Shown piece after piece: positions 1-22,328 of a stretch of DNA of 64,000 bases. The stretch spans positions 256,001-320,000 of the forward strand of contig CAVXWZ010000002.1 of the NCBI GenBank assembly GCA_963765575.1, read 5' to 3'. The translations under genes were made by a program, and so were the position numbers. The notes beneath the pieces are model-generated. The model saw only the letters and a list, made by a program, of their open reading frames with translations, was not told the DNA's origin and did not search any database. Origin of the DNA: an uncultured cyanobacterium. GTDB taxonomy: Bacteria > Cyanobacteriota > Cyanobacteriia > PCC-6307 > Cyanobiaceae. Each line of letters opens with the position of its first letter. The stretch's first letter is position 1.

Positions 1-1725
1 CAGCCGGGCCCGCTGGCGCAGGGCCGCCAAGCCCAGCACAGCCACCAGCAACCCGCCCCAGCCCCACAGCGGCAGCTTGAGCAGGAAGCCGCCAATCCCC
101 AGCAGCGCCCCGAACAGCACCGCGCAGCTGCAGACCAGCTGGCTGACCAGGTCCAGCAGCGTTTCCTGGGGCTCCACCCCGGTGCGCCGGCGCCAGTCCC
201 GCCAACCCGGTCCGGACGGCCGCACCTGGCGCACGAAGTTCTCCAGCACCTCCGCCGACTCGGGCGGGGTGGCCAGCATCGCCACGATCCACACCACCGC
301 CGTGATCGCCGTGGTGACCAGCAGGCGCTGGCCGTAGTCGTCGATGCGCAGCAGCGGCACCACCGAGGTGGAAAAGCCCACCAGGAAGCCGCCGAGCATG
401 GCCGCCAGTTCGGCGGCGGCGTTGATGCGCCACCAGAACCAACGCAGCACCAGCACCGCCCCGGGGCCGGTGCCGATGGCGATCACCAGCCGGAACACGG
501 CGCCGATGCTGGTGCTCAGCAGGGCCGTCATCACCCCCAGCACCACCAGCAGCACCGAGGCCAGCTGGCCGATCAGCAGCAGTTCCCGCTGGCTGGCGGC
601 GGGCCGCATGAAGCGCTGGTAGAGGTCGTGGGTGAGGTAGCTGGCGCCCCAGTTCACCGCCGTGCTCACGGTGCTCATGAACGCCGCCACCAGGGACACC
701 ACCACCAGCCCCAGGGCCACCGGCGGCAGCAGCTGCACCGCCAGCAGGGGATAGCTCTGCTCCCAGTCGGTCTGGTCGGGCAGCAGCACCACCGCCGCCA
801 GGGCCACCAGGATCCAGGGCCAGCTGCGCAGCAGGTAGTTCACCCCCAGAAACACCCAGCCGGCGATCCGGGCCTGGCGCTCGTTGCGGGTGGCCAGCAG
901 CCGCTGGATGAATTCACCGCCGCCGTCACTGCGGCGGAAGCTCCACCACTGCAGGGCGATGTAGGCCGTGAAGGTGGACACCGAGATGCCGGCCCCCTCG
1001 ATCCAGCGGATGCGGCCGTCCTCCAGCTGCCAGGGCACCAGCGACAGCAACTCCGGGCGATCCAGCGCCCGCAGGCTCTCCAGCAGGGCATCCATACCGC
1101 CGGCGGCGTTCACGGAAGCCCAGGACACGGCCAGAGCACCGCCAAGGGCCAGCACCAGCTGCATCATGTCGGTGACCACCACCGCCCAGAGGCCACCGGC
1201 GGCGGTGTACACGAGCACCAGCAGCCCCACGATCGCCAGCAGCAGGAGGCGCGACTCGGGGGTGGGCGCCAGGCCCAGGGCCTCGCTCACCTTGGCCATG
1301 GCCAGGAAGGCGTAGCCGATGCCGATGCAGTTGATCGGCAGGGCGAACAGGAAGGCCTTGATCCCCCGCAGCCAGGCGGCGGTGGCACCGCCATAGCGCA
1401 ATTCGGTGAAGGCGGCGTCGGTGAGCACGCCACTGCGGCGCCAGAGGGGGGCGAACACCACGGCCATGGCCACATGGGCCACACCGAAGCTCCACCACTC
1501 CCAGTTGCCCGCCAGCCCACGCACCCCCACCAGGCCCGCCACATACAGGGGGGTGTCCACCGAGAAGGTGGTGGCCGCCATGGAGGCCCCGGCCAGCCAG
1601 CCGCTCAGGCGGCGGCCGGCGACGAAGTAGTCGGCCTCGTCGCGGTTGCGGCGCGCCAGCCACAGACCCACCAGCAGGCTGGCCACCAAATAGCCGATCA
1701 GGATCAGCCAGTCGATCGTGTGCAC
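1..1725 (-). CDS. Sodium:solute symporter (SSS) family protein; 3' end runs off the window
   Basis: Manual translation from GTG at 1725 gives MHTIDWLILIGYLVASLLVGLWLARRNRDEADYFVAGRRLSGWLAGASMAATTFSVDTPL..., a typical SSS N-terminus (DYFVAGR), followed by many hydrophobic segments. Absent from the ORF track because it has no stop in the window. Confidence 0.85.
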   Translation of the reverse strand, partial: MHTIDWLILIGYLVASLLVGLWLARRNRDEADYFVAGRRLSGWLAGASMAATTFSVDTPLYVAGLVGVRGLAGNWEWWSFGVAHVAMAVVFAPLWRRSGVLTDAAFTELRYGGATAAWLRGIKAFLFALPINCIGIGYAFLAMAKVSEALGLAPTPESRLLLLAIVGLLVLVYTAAGGLWAVVVTDMMQLVLALGGALAVSWASVNAAGGMDALLESLRALDRPELLSLVPWQLEDGRIRWIEGAGISVSTFTAYIALQWWSFRRSDGGGEFIQRLLATRNERQARIAGWVFLGVNYLLRSWPWILVALAAVVLLPDQTDWEQSYPLLAVQLLPPVALGLVVVSLVAAFMSTVSTAVNWGASYLTHDLYQRFMRPAASQRELLLIGQLASVLLVVLGVMTALLSTSIGAVFRLVIAIGTGPGAVLVLRWFWWRINAAAELAAMLGGFLVGFSTSVVPLLRIDDYGQRLLVTTAITAVVWIVAMLATPPESAEVLENFVRQVRPSGPGWRDWRRRTGVEPQETLLDLVSQLVCSCAVLFGALLGIGGFLLKLPLWGWGGLLVAVLGLAALRQRARL

Positions 1726-3266
1726 GTCGGGCGGCGTCGGTGGGCGCAGTATGAAGGCGGCATCACGGCCGTCCGTCCCTCCTGTCCCAATGCAGAACAG
1801 CTTTTTCGCCGACTCCCTCGATCAGGACACGGTGAAGGAGCGGATCCTGGCGTTGGAGCAGGGCCGGGTGGGCTTCTACAGCGTTGGCCTCTATCCGGCC
1901 TCGATGGCCTACAACAGCGCCATGCATGGCAGCAGCGACCTGCTGCTGCTGGCGCCGCGGCCGGGGCGCTCCCTGTTCGGCGCCTTCGCCGCCAAGGACC
2001 GCGCCGGCATGGATCAGGCCCACGTGGCCACGGTGGAGGGCATGGCCCACCAGCTGGTGGACGGCCGGCCCCAGCCGCACACGCTGGCGTCGCTGATCGA
2101 GCACTGCGATCTGGTGCTGCTGAGCTCCAACAGCAACCACATCGAGCAGGATCTGCAGGAGGCCTGCGACCTGCGCCGCGAACTGGGCCGGGAGCAGGTG
2201 GTGCTGGCCTGCCTGGCGGGCTCCTTCAGCCACGACCCGCTCAGCAACGACTCCTATGTGCTGTGCGAGCGGCAGCCCAATCTGGCCTTCTTCTCGGGCT
2301 TCCACCGCCACGACGCCCTGCGCGATCCGGTGGACAGCTTCACCGCCAATTTCTGCCATCCCAACGCCATCACCGCCCTGCTGGGGGCGCGGCTGCTGGA
2401 TCGCATCTCCCCCAACATCCAGGTGTCGCCGGGGGTGCACAACGTGGAGGCCCAGTACATCAAGGCCGCCAAGAACATCTCCTCGATCTTTGCCGGGTTC
2501 GGCCACTCCTATCACGCTGAAAACACCGGCATCCTGCCCACCCTGCTCACCCTGCTGCTCGACCAGTGCCTCGACCAGGCCTCCTCGGTGTCGATGCGCC
2601 GGCGCGACCGGCAGCGCCTCTACGGCCGCCAGCCTTTTCCGCTCACCGAACTGGGCTATGGCGTGCAGCGCATCGAGGCGGCCCTCAACCGCGGCGGCGA
2701 CATGGAGAAAGTGCGCGACCACACCTTCACCCAGCTCACCGCCATGGTGGCCGATGTGCGCGGCAGCATGATGCTGCCGATGTATGGCAAACCCACCCGC
2801 AACTTCCAGGCGGGACGGATCCTGGCCGAAGGCATGCGGCAGCTTGGGCGCTGCCCCCGTGATGTGGAGGAATTTGAACACTGGTGCGAGCAGGGGGGCC
2901 TGCACAAGGGCGGCCTGGAAGGTCTGAAGGCGTTGCGCTACTGGCCCCAGATTCTGCGCAACTACGGCATCCAGGTGCATGACGCCTCGATGGTCAACCT
3001 GCTCTACATGGCGATCTTCGGCAAACGCGATACCAAGGCGATTGCCTTCCGGGTGATGACCGAGAGCCGGGAACTCTCCAACTACTGCCAGGAATCGGTC
3101 CGCCCCACCCACAGCCGCCGCTATTCCGAGGCCCTGCAGAACCTCGATCGGCCCGGCGCCCTGGAACTGGTGGCCAACGCTGTGATCGCCGACAACGCCC
3201 GCCGCGCCGTGCCCGATGACACCATCAGCGACGACGTCGACAGCGGCGAGGAGAGCCCGGCCTACC

Positions 3267-10580
<7,314 letters not shown>

Positions 10581-10645
10581 GGGGGGCTGGGGCGCGCGGA
10601 GAGCAGAGAAGGCAGGAAGAACGCAGCTGAATAGCCGCGCTGATT

Positions 10646-13600
10646 TCAGTCGTCGTCGTAGTCCGCGACGCCGAGGGACTCGTAGGTGGGCCTGTTGGGG
10701 GTGCTGCGGCGGGGGTTGACGTCCTGCATCAGGTCAACTTCTTCACCCTCATCGGTGTAGACGGCGATGTCCAGACCAAGGGATTGGAGTTCGCGCATCA
10801 GCACCTTGAACGACTCGGGGGTGCCGGGCCTGGGGATGGGCTTGCCCTTGACAATGGCGTTGAGGGCCTCGTTGCGACCCTGCATGTCGTCGGATTTGAC
10901 GGTGAGCAGTTCCTGCAGGGTGTAGGCGGCGCCGTAGGCCTCCAGGGCCCATACCTCCATTTCGCCCAGGCGCTGGCCGCCCTGCTGGGCCTTGCCGCCC
11001 AGGGGCTGTTGGGTCACCAACGAGTAGGGGCCGGTGGAGCGGGCGTGGATCTTGTCATCCACGAGGTGAACCAGCTTGAGGATGTGGGCATAGCCCACGG
11101 TCACCGGCTGATCGAAGGGTTCGCCGGAGCGCCCGTCCACCAGCTGGATCTTGCCGGGATTCTCGGGGTCGTAGACCCATGCCTTGCCGGGCTGGGCGGC
11201 GGCCTCTTCGAGGAAGGTCTGCACCGTCTGCTTCGACTTCTCGGCGCCGTGCATCTCATCGAAGGGCACCACCTTGACCCGGCAGTCGAGGTGCGCTGAG
11301 GCCCAGCCCATCAGGCACTCGAACACCTGACCGACGTTCATGCGGCTGGGCACCCCGAGGGGGTTGAGCACGATGTCGATGGGGGTGCCGTCGGGCAGGT
11401 AGGGCATGTCCTCCCGGGGAAGGATGCGGCTGATGATGCCCTTGTTGCCATGGCGGCCAGCCATCTTGTCGCCCACCTGGATCTTCAGGCGCTTGGCCAC
11501 ATACACCCGCACCACCATGTTCGCGCCGGGCGGCAGTTCATCGCCCTGTTCGCGGGTGTAGATGCGCACATCCACCACGCGGCCGCGCTCGGTGCCGGGA
11601 ACCCGCAGGGAGTTGTCACGCACGTCCCGGGCTTTCTCTCCGAAGATCGCACGCAGGAGTTTTTCTTCCGGCGGCTGGTCGGATTCACCCTTCGGCGTCA
11701 CCTTGCCCACGAGGATATCGCCGCTCTCGACAAAGGCACCGATCCGGATGATGCCCATCTCGTCAAGATTGCCGAGGCTCTCTTCGGCCACATTGGGGAT
11801 TTCACGGGTGATCTCCTCAGGACCCAGCTTGGTCTGCCGGGCTTCGATCTCATATTTCTCGATGTGCACCGAGGTGTAGAGATCGTCGGTGACGAGGCGC
11901 TCACTCAGCAGGATGGCGTCCTCGTAGTTGTAACCCTCCCAGGGCATGTAGGCGATCAGCACATTCTGACCAAGGGCGATCTCGCCGCCCTCGCAGGCCG
12001 AGCCATCGGCCAGCACCTGGCCGGGGATCACCTGGTCGCCCTGTCTCACGATCGGACGCTGGTTCAGGCAGGTGTCCTGGTTGGAGCGCTGATACTTCTG
12101 GAGGTAATGGGTGTGGTCGACACCGTCCTCATCGCGGATCACGATCGCCGTGGCATCCACGAAGGTGACCGTGCCACTGACCCGGGTCACCGGAACCATG
12201 CCGGAGTCGCGGGCAACCTGGGTTTCCAGGCCGGTGCCCACCAGCGGGCGCTCCGGGCGCAGCAGCGGCACCGCCTGGCGCTGCATGTTCGAGCCCATCA
12301 GGGCGCGGTTGGCGTCGTCGTGCTCCAGGAAGGGGATCAGGGAGGTGGCCACCGAGATCACCTGCACCGGCGACAGCTGCACGTAGTCCACCTGCTCCGG
12401 AGGCACCTTCTCGAAGTCCTGCCGGTAGCGCACCGGCACCAGCTCGGAGGTGATGCGCCCTTCGGCGTCGGTGGGCACGTCGCCGGGGGCGACGCGGCAC
12501 TCATCCTCGAGATCGGCGGAGAGATAGATGGGATCGCCCTGCTTGAGCACGATGCCGTTCTCCACCTTCCAGAAGGGGGTCTCGATGAAGCCGTATTCGT
12601 TGACCCGGGCGTGGGTGGCGAGTGAACCGATCAAGCCGGCGTTGGGACCCTCAGGCGTTTCGATCGGGCAGATGCGGCCGTAGTGGGAGGGGTGGATGTC
12701 GCGCACGGCGAAACCAGCCCGCTCGCGGGTGAGTCCCCCTGGGCCGAGGGCGCTGATGCGGCGCTTGTGGGTGAGCTCGGCCAGGGGGTTGGTCTGGTCC
12801 ATGAACTGGCTGAGCTGGCTGGAGCCGAAGAACTCCTTGATCGCCGCCACCAGGGGCTTGGGGTTCACCAACTGGGCCGGGGTGAGCGACTCGGTCTCAC
12901 CCACGGTCATGCGTTCCTTGATGATCCGCTCAAGGCGATTGAGACCCACGCGCACCTGGTTCTGGAGCAGCTCGCCCACCGAGCGCACCCGTCGGTTGCC
13001 GAGGTGGTCGATGTCGTCGAGGCTGGCGCCGCTGACATCGAGCTCGAGGTTGATCAAATAGTTGATGGTGCTGAGCACGTCCTCACGGGTGAGGGTGCGG
13101 GTCGCATCGGGGATCGTGAGCCGCAGCTTCTTGTTGATCTTGTAGCGACCCACCCGGCCGAGGTCGTAGCGCTTGGCGTCAAAAAAGCGGCTGTTGAGCA
13201 GGCTCAGACCGCCGCTCACCGAGGGGGGCTCACCGGGCCGAAGCTTCTTGTAGAGCTCCAGCAGCGCCTGGTCCTCCGAGGAGATGCCCTCGTCGTTGGC
13301 GGCTTCGATCGACTTGTGGTAGTACTCCGGGTGACGCAACTTGTCGAGCACTTCATTGTCCGACAGGCCAATGGCGCGCATCAGCACGTGGGCGTTGATC
13401 TTGCGGGTCTTGTCCACCCGCACGTGCAGGAGGTCGTTCTTGTCAGTCTCAAACTTCAGCCAGGCGCCGCGGTTGGGGATCAGGCTGGCGTTGAAGGTCT
13501 TGCGACCGTTTTTGTCCTGCTCTTCCTTGAAATAGACCCCGGGTGAGCGCACAATCTGGTTCACGATCACGCGCTCGGCGCCGTTGATGATGAACGTGCC

Positions 13601-13936
13601 CCGCTCGGTCATCAGCGGCAGTTCGCCGATGAAGACCTCCTGCTCCTTGACCTCACCGGTCTCTTTGTTGACCAGCCGGCAGGTGACATACATCTGCGAG
13701 GCGAAGGTGGCATCCCGGCGCTTGGCCTCCTCCACGTCGTGGCGGGGCCGCTTGAGGCGGTATTCACTGCCGATGAAATGCAGCTCGAGCTTGCCGGTGT
13801 AATCGGTGATCGGCGAAAAACTTTCCAGCTCTTCGATCAGGCCCTTCTCCAGGAACCACTTGAAGCTCGCCCGCTGCACCTCCACGAGATCGGGCAGGTA
13901 AGTGGCGGTCTTGGCGACCTGGATCGCGCTGCTCAT
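10646..13936 (-). CDS. rpoB: RNA polymerase beta subunit
   Basis: [33 protein letters not shown] and [16 protein letters not shown] motifs. Confidence 0.99.
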   Translation of the reverse strand: MSSAIQVAKTATYLPDLVEVQRASFKWFLEKGLIEELESFSPITDYTGKLELHFIGSEYRLKRPRHDVEEAKRRDATFASQMYVTCRLVNKETGEVKEQEVFIGELPLMTERGTFIINGAERVIVNQIVRSPGVYFKEEQDKNGRKTFNASLIPNRGAWLKFETDKNDLLHVRVDKTRKINAHVLMRAIGLSDNEVLDKLRHPEYYHKSIEAANDEGISSEDQALLELYKKLRPGEPPSVSGGLSLLNSRFFDAKRYDLGRVGRYKINKKLRLTIPDATRTLTREDVLSTINYLINLELDVSGASLDDIDHLGNRRVRSVGELLQNQVRVGLNRLERIIKERMTVGETESLTPAQLVNPKPLVAAIKEFFGSSQLSQFMDQTNPLAELTHKRRISALGPGGLTRERAGFAVRDIHPSHYGRICPIETPEGPNAGLIGSLATHARVNEYGFIETPFWKVENGIVLKQGDPIYLSADLEDECRVAPGDVPTDAEGRITSELVPVRYRQDFEKVPPEQVDYVQLSPVQVISVATSLIPFLEHDDANRALMGSNMQRQAVPLLRPERPLVGTGLETQVARDSGMVPVTRVSGTVTFVDATAIVIRDEDGVDHTHYLQKYQRSNQDTCLNQRPIVRQGDQVIPGQVLADGSACEGGEIALGQNVLIAYMPWEGYNYEDAILLSERLVTDDLYTSVHIEKYEIEARQTKLGPEEITREIPNVAEESLGNLDEMGIIRIGAFVESGDILVGKVTPKGESDQPPEEKLLRAIFGEKARDVRDNSLRVPGTERGRVVDVRIYTREQGDELPPGANMVVRVYVAKRLKIQVGDKMAGRHGNKGIISRILPREDMPYLPDGTPIDIVLNPLGVPSRMNVGQVFECLMGWASAHLDCRVKVVPFDEMHGAEKSKQTVQTFLEEAAAQPGKAWVYDPENPGKIQLVDGRSGEPFDQPVTVGYAHILKLVHLVDDKIHARSTGPYSLVTQQPLGGKAQQGGQRLGEMEVWALEAYGAAYTLQELLTVKSDDMQGRNEALNAIVKGKPIPRPGTPESFKVLMRELQSLGLDIAVYTDEGEEVDLMQDVNPRRSTPNRPTYESLGVADYDDD

Positions 13937-14162
13937 GCGTTGAACCTGCAGGATCGGGTGAAAAGGACTGGCCTGTCGGCCTGGACAGCGATGAAGGTTC
14001 GGACGATCCTGGAGACCATCCGGGGATCAGCGTCACGGGCGCCCACGCGAACAGCCGCCCCCACGAAGGGAACGGCTGCCCGGGGGCTGCCCTCAGGAAA
14101 CGCGCTTCAGGGCTGCAGGCTTCGACAACAAGGAGCGGATTCGCATCCAGACCAATGAATCA

Positions 14163-15014
14163 CTATACAGTGTGAAGGTCGATGCCAAACAGGCGGGCTG
14201 CATTGGCGGTGCTGGTACGGGCCACCAGCTCCAGTGGTTCGCCCCGCAGCTCGGCCACCCGGGCCGCCACGGCCGCCACGTAGGACGGCTCATTGCGTTT
14301 GCCGCGGCGCGGCACCGGCGCGAGGAAGGGGCAGTCGGTCTCGACCAGATAGCGATCGGCGGGCACCTGGCGGGCACAGGTATGGGTGGCTTCGGCCTTG
14401 GGGAAGGTGACCACACCGCTGAAACTGATGAAGAGGCCCAGCGCCAGGAACCCCTGCATCTCCTCAGCCGTGCCCCCCCAGCAATGCATCACCCCGCGGG
14501 CAGGACGCCCGCATCCGGCCCGCTGGCGCAGCTCCGCCAGCATCGGCTCGGCGGCATCGCGGCAATGGATGATCACCGGCAGATCCAGCTCCCAGGCCAG
14601 ATCCAGCTGGGGGCGCAGCGCGGCCAGTTGCTCCTCCAGGTTGGCCTGGTGGAAGAGGTCGAGGCCCAGCTCGCCGATGGCCACCACCCGGGCATCGGCC
14701 CGGGCCGCATCCCGCAGCACCTGGGCGGTGTCGCCAGCCCAGTGCTGGGTGTCCAGCGGATGCACCCCCACCGAGTAGCGGAGCTCAGGGAAGCGATCCG
14801 CCAGGGCGCGGATCGCCGGGATCTCCGAGGGCTCAACGCAGGCGTGAATCAGGGCCTTGACCCCCGCCCGACGCCAGCGGGCAGCGACGTCGTCGAGGTC
14901 CGCATCAAAGTTGCGGAAGACGATGTGGCAATGGGAATCCACCAGCGGCGGCCCTGGGGCTGCGCTGGAATCGGCCCGCTCGCTCGCGGCAACGGCTGGA
15001 GTCACGGGGGTCAT
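14163..15014 (-). CDS. tatD: TatD family hydrolase
   Basis: DSHCH, GVHP, IGELGLD, IHCRDA, HCWGG and ETDCPFLAP motifs. The start at ATG 15014 is approximate. Confidence 0.93.
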   Translation of the reverse strand: MTPVTPAVAASERADSSAAPGPPLVDSHCHIVFRNFDADLDDVAARWRRAGVKALIHACVEPSEIPAIRALADRFPELRYSVGVHPLDTQHWAGDTAQVLRDAARADARVVAIGELGLDLFHQANLEEQLAALRPQLDLAWELDLPVIIHCRDAAEPMLAELRQRAGCGRPARGVMHCWGGTAEEMQGFLALGLFISFSGVVTFPKAEATHTCARQVPADRYLVETDCPFLAPVPRRGKRNEPSYVAAVAARVAELRGEPLELVARTSTANAARLFGIDLHTV

Positions 15015-15093
15015 GGCGCAAAGGGAAACAGGCGCGCCCTGCCGCGAGGGAGCATGGACGGCGGCAGGGCCGGCGCCATGCTGGCGAAGCCGC

Positions 15094-15459
<366 letters not shown>

Positions 15460-15537
15460 TCATGGCGCCCCAGCCTGGGCCGGCTCGAAGACTTGACCCC
15501 AGCCGCCTAATTTGAACGCCGAGACCAGCTGATCCCC

Positions 15538-16875
<1,338 letters not shown>

Positions 16876-16881
<6 letters not shown>

Positions 16882-16920
16882 TCGGGACTGCCCTGATCGC
16901 GACTGCTCTGATCGGGACCG
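16876..16920. repeat. 3 x 15-bp imperfect tandem repeat spanning the hisD stop
   Basis: ccctgatcgggactg / ccctgatcgcgactg / ctctgatcgggaccg. Confidence 0.85.
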
Positions 16921-16944
16921 TGGGGAAACCGGCCCCGAAGCCGC

Positions 16945-17358
16945 TCAGCCGGCGGGAGATGTTGGCTTGTACTCCGGCTCCGGGTCCCGGTCCGGGTCCG
17001 GCTCGCAAACAAACTCCCTGATCGTGCCCTGCCCCTCGCGCAGGCGGAAGCGGGGCTGGTCAGGGTCCTCCAGGCTCCACCACCACTTGCCATCGCTGTA
17101 GCTGGGGGCACCGGCGTTGTTGGTGCGCGGAAGCTGCAACACCAGCTCGCGCCAGCGCAGCACCACAAAGCCCCCCGGCACGGTGCCGGCCGCCACGTTG
17201 GGGATGTCGAGGGCATCCACCGGCCCGTTGTCGGCGCTGGCCAGGAGCAGATCACCGTCGCAGCGGAAGGCCTCCTCGCCCATTGCCGCCCCGGGCGAGA
17301 CCACCAGGAGCAGCGCCAGCAGGGGCCCCAGGAGTGGCGAGAGCAGGGACGCCATCAC
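16945..17358 (-). CDS. Secreted hypothetical protein, possibly MliC/PliC-like
   Basis: Signal peptide, two Cys and [19 protein letters not shown]. Start is coupled to the rpiA stop. Confidence 0.75.
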   Translation of the reverse strand: MMASLLSPLLGPLLALLLVVSPGAAMGEEAFRCDGDLLLASADNGPVDALDIPNVAAGTVPGGFVVLRWRELVLQLPRTNNAGAPSYSDGKWWWSLEDPDQPRFRLREGQGTIREFVCEPDPDRDPEPEYKPTSPAG

Positions 17359-18068
17359 TGCTTCTGCAGGTCGCGCACGCCCGGCACACCAGCGACGACC
17401 TCACCCACCAGCACCTGATCGGCGAGGTTCACGAACAGGCCGTTTTCAAGCACGCCGGGCAGGTTGTTGATCGTCGGCTCCAGCCCCGCGGGGTCGGTGA
17501 TGCCACCGGCGAAGGTCACATCCAGCACCAGGTTGCCCTGGTCGGTCACCACCGGACCGGCCTTGCGGGTCGCCATGCGCAGCTCCGCCTCGCCGCCCAG
17601 CGCCCGCAGCTGCTGATGCACCTGGCGCCAGGCAGCGGGCAGCACCTCCACCGGCAGCAGGAAGCCGAGGTTGAGGGTGTCCACCAGCTTGGTGGCATCC
17701 ACCACCACCACAAAACGATCGGCACGGCAGGCCACGAGCTTTTCCTGCACGTGGCAGGCGCCGCCGCCCTTGATCAGCTGGAAGCGGGGATCCACCTCAT
17801 CGGCGCCGTCAATGGCCAGGTCGATGCGTTCCACGGCATTGAGGCCGCACAGCGGAATCCCCAGCTCAGCCGCCAGCACCTCGCCCTGGAAGGACGTGGT
17901 CACACCGGTGATGTCGCTGAGCTCACCGCTGGCCAGCCTGGCGCCGAGGGCCCGGATCATCAGGGCGGCGGTGGAGCCCGAGCCCAGGCCCACGACCATG
18001 CCGCTGCGGATCTGCTCGCTGGCCGCCGCCGCCACCGCCTGCTTCATCTGATCCTGGAGATCCGCCAT
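17355..18068 (-). CDS. rpiA: Ribose-5-phosphate isomerase A
   Basis: GLGSGST, DGADE, KGGGA and EK motifs. Confidence 0.97.
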   Translation of the reverse strand: MADLQDQMKQAVAAAASEQIRSGMVVGLGSGSTAALMIRALGARLASGELSDITGVTTSFQGEVLAAELGIPLCGLNAVERIDLAIDGADEVDPRFQLIKGGGACHVQEKLVACRADRFVVVVDATKLVDTLNLGFLLPVEVLPAAWRQVHQQLRALGGEAELRMATRKAGPVVTDQGNLVLDVTFAGGITDPAGLEPTINNLPGVLENGLFVNLADQVLVGEVVAGVPGVRDLQKQ

Positions 18069-18104
18069 CGATCCGGGCCCGGGGGCCAGCGACCGTAGCA
18101 ACGC

Positions 18105-20097
<1,993 letters not shown>

Positions 20098-20131
20098 CCG
20101 CTTAAGTTGCTGTCCTGCTCACCTGCGCACC

Positions 20132-20440
20132 ATGGCAGCAATTCCCCCCGGCAGTCGTCAGCGCTGCAGCCTCTGTCAGGTGGAGATCCAGGGCATGGCC
20201 GGCGGCAACGATCTGGTTCACTTCAGCCAGGGGGCGCCCGGGACCCGAGCCAAGCTCTGGGCGCGGGTGTGCCAGTACCTGCGCAGTGACGAACAGCGGG
20301 GCCAGTGCCTGAACCAGGACCTCAACCAACGCGGCGCGGTGGTGCAGAGCGATTACTACGCCGAGGCGCCGGTGATCGACCTTGGCGCCCTGGGGCAGGC
20401 GGGAGCCGGATCCACCGATGTCCCGGCAGCCGATTCCTAG
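20132..20440 (+). CDS. Hypothetical protein with four Cys
   Basis: 102-aa ORF with native codon usage filling the gap before rimP; CSLC plus two further Cys. Confidence 0.7.
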   Translation: MAAIPPGSRQRCSLCQVEIQGMAGGNDLVHFSQGAPGTRAKLWARVCQYLRSDEQRGQCLNQDLNQRGAVVQSDYYAEAPVIDLGALGQAGAGSTDVPAADS

Positions 20441-20481
20441 GGACCCGATCCCTAGGTTGTGGTCAGCGCCCACGCCGTGCC

Positions 20482-20958
20482 GTGCCCCATCCGCTGATCC
20501 CAGCGCTCGAACAGCTCGCCCGGTCGGCGGTGGCCGCAGCCGGCTTCGAGCTGCACGCCGTGCAGCTGCACACCCATCGCATCCCCATGACCCTGCAGGT
20601 GCTGGTGCAGCGGCCCGATGGTGATGACATCAGCCTGGACGACTGTGCCGGCCTGAGCGCCCCCATCGGCGAGGCCATCGAAGCGGCGGATCTGCTGGGG
20701 GAGGCGGCCTATGTTCTTGAGGTCAGCAGCCCCGGCGTCAGCGAGGACCTGCACGACGACCGAGACTTCCGCAGCTTCCGCGGATTTCCGGTGGCCGTGC
20801 ACTACCGCGACACCCGGGGGGGCGAAGCGCACTGCGACGGGCTGCTGCTCGAACGCACGGCCGGCGAGCTGCAGATCAACATCCGCGGCCGCACCAAGCG
20901 AATTCCCCGCGCAGCGGTGATCGCGGTGCGCCTGGTGAGCGCCGACGACGACAATTGA
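20482..20958 (+). CDS. rimP: Ribosome maturation factor RimP
   Basis: ISLDDCA and YVLEVSSPG motifs; lies directly upstream of nusA. GTG start at 20482. Confidence 0.93.
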   Translation: MPHPLIPALEQLARSAVAAAGFELHAVQLHTHRIPMTLQVLVQRPDGDDISLDDCAGLSAPIGEAIEAADLLGEAAYVLEVSSPGVSEDLHDDRDFRSFRGFPVAVHYRDTRGGEAHCDGLLLERTAGELQINIRGRTKRIPRAAVIAVRLVSADDDN

Positions 20959-20997
20959 ATCCACCCAAAAACCGAATCACCTCAAAACCGAAGACCC

Positions 20998-22323
20998 ATG
21001 GCTCTGGTCCTGCTCCCTGGCCTGAACAACCTCATCGACGACATCAGCGACGAGAAGAAGCTGCCACCGGTGGTGGTGGAAGCGGCCCTGCGTGAAGCTC
21101 TGCTCAAGGGCTACGAGCGCTACCGCCGCACCCTCTACCTCGGCATCAGCGAGGACCCCTTCGAGGAGGAGTACTTCTCCAACTTCGACGTTCAGCTCGA
21201 CGAAGACGAGGAGGGCTACCGGGTGCTGGCCTCCAAGATCATCGTCGAGGAGGTGGAGAGCGACGACCACCAGATCGCCATCGACGAGGTGCGCCAGGTG
21301 GCCGAAGACGCCCAGATCGGCGACACGGTGGTGCTGGATGTCACCCCGGAGAAGGACGACTTCGGCCGCATGGCCGCCGCCACCACCAAGCAGGTGCTGG
21401 CCCAGAAGCTGCGCGATCAGCAGCGCCGCATGATTCAGGAGGAGTTCGCCGATCTGGAGGATCCGGTGCTCACCGCCCGGGTGATCCGCTTCGAGCGCCA
21501 GAGCGTGATCATGGCCGTGAGCAGTGGCCTGGGACGCCCCGAGGTGGAGGCCGAGCTGCCTCGCCGCGACCAGCTCCCCAACGACAACTACCGCGCCAAC
21601 GCCACCTTCAAGGTGTTCCTGAAGGAGGTGAGCGAGGTGGCCAGGCGCGGGCCCCAGCTGTTCGTGAGCCGGGCCAATGCCGGCCTGGTGGTGTATCTGT
21701 TCGAGAACGAGGTGCCCGAGATCCAGGAGGGCTCCGTGCGCATCGTTGCGGTGGCGCGCGAGGCCAATCCCCCCAGCCGCTCGGTGGGCCCGCGCACCAA
21801 GGTGGCCGTGGACTCGGTCGAACGGGAAGTGGATCCGGTGGGCGCCTGCATCGGTGCCCGCGGCTCCCGCATCCAGCAGGTGGTGAACGAGCTGCGCGGC
21901 GAGAAGATCGACGTGATCCGCTGGTCCCCCGACCCCGGTCAGTACATCGCCAACTCGCTCAGCCCGGCGCGGGTGGAGATGGTGCGGCTGGTGGACCCCG
22001 GCGGCCATCACGCCCACGTGCTGGTACCCCCCGATCAGCTCAGCCTGGCGATCGGGCGGGAGGGCCAGAACGTGCGGCTGGCGGCCCGTCTGACGGGCTG
22101 GAAGCTCGACATCAAGAACGCCGTCGAGTACGACCAGGCCGCCGAGGATGCGGTGGTGGCCGAACTGATCGACCATCGCCAGGAGGAGGAGCGCCTCCAT
22201 GCCGAGGCCGAAGCCAGGCTGGAGGTGGAACAGGCGGCCCGCGCCGAGGAGGACGCCCGGCTGCGGGAGCTGTACCCGGCCGAGGACGAGCAGGAGGAGG
22301 CCGACGCCTTCCAGGAGAGCTGA
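20998..22323 (+). CDS. nusA: Transcription termination/antitermination factor NusA
   Basis: FGRMAA, DPVGACIGARGSRI and LAIGREGQNVRLA motifs. Confidence 0.98.
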   Translation: MALVLLPGLNNLIDDISDEKKLPPVVVEAALREALLKGYERYRRTLYLGISEDPFEEEYFSNFDVQLDEDEEGYRVLASKIIVEEVESDDHQIAIDEVRQVAEDAQIGDTVVLDVTPEKDDFGRMAAATTKQVLAQKLRDQQRRMIQEEFADLEDPVLTARVIRFERQSVIMAVSSGLGRPEVEAELPRRDQLPNDNYRANATFKVFLKEVSEVARRGPQLFVSRANAGLVVYLFENEVPEIQEGSVRIVAVAREANPPSRSVGPRTKVAVDSVEREVDPVGACIGARGSRIQQVVNELRGEKIDVIRWSPDPGQYIANSLSPARVEMVRLVDPGGHHAHVLVPPDQLSLAIGREGQNVRLAARLTGWKLDIKNAVEYDQAAEDAVVAELIDHRQEEERLHAEAEARLEVEQAARAEEDARLRELYPAEDEQEEADAFQES

Positions 22324-22328
22324 GCGCC

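Noticed and set aside
628..2520. 630-aa plus-strand ORF and many similar long ORFs (e.g. 1763..3349, 5896..7737, 22834..25317, 32641..34980, 37643..39886, 48222..49967)
   Set aside because: These are antisense or off-frame shadows of recognisable genes in high-GC DNA, with no motifs and biased composition.
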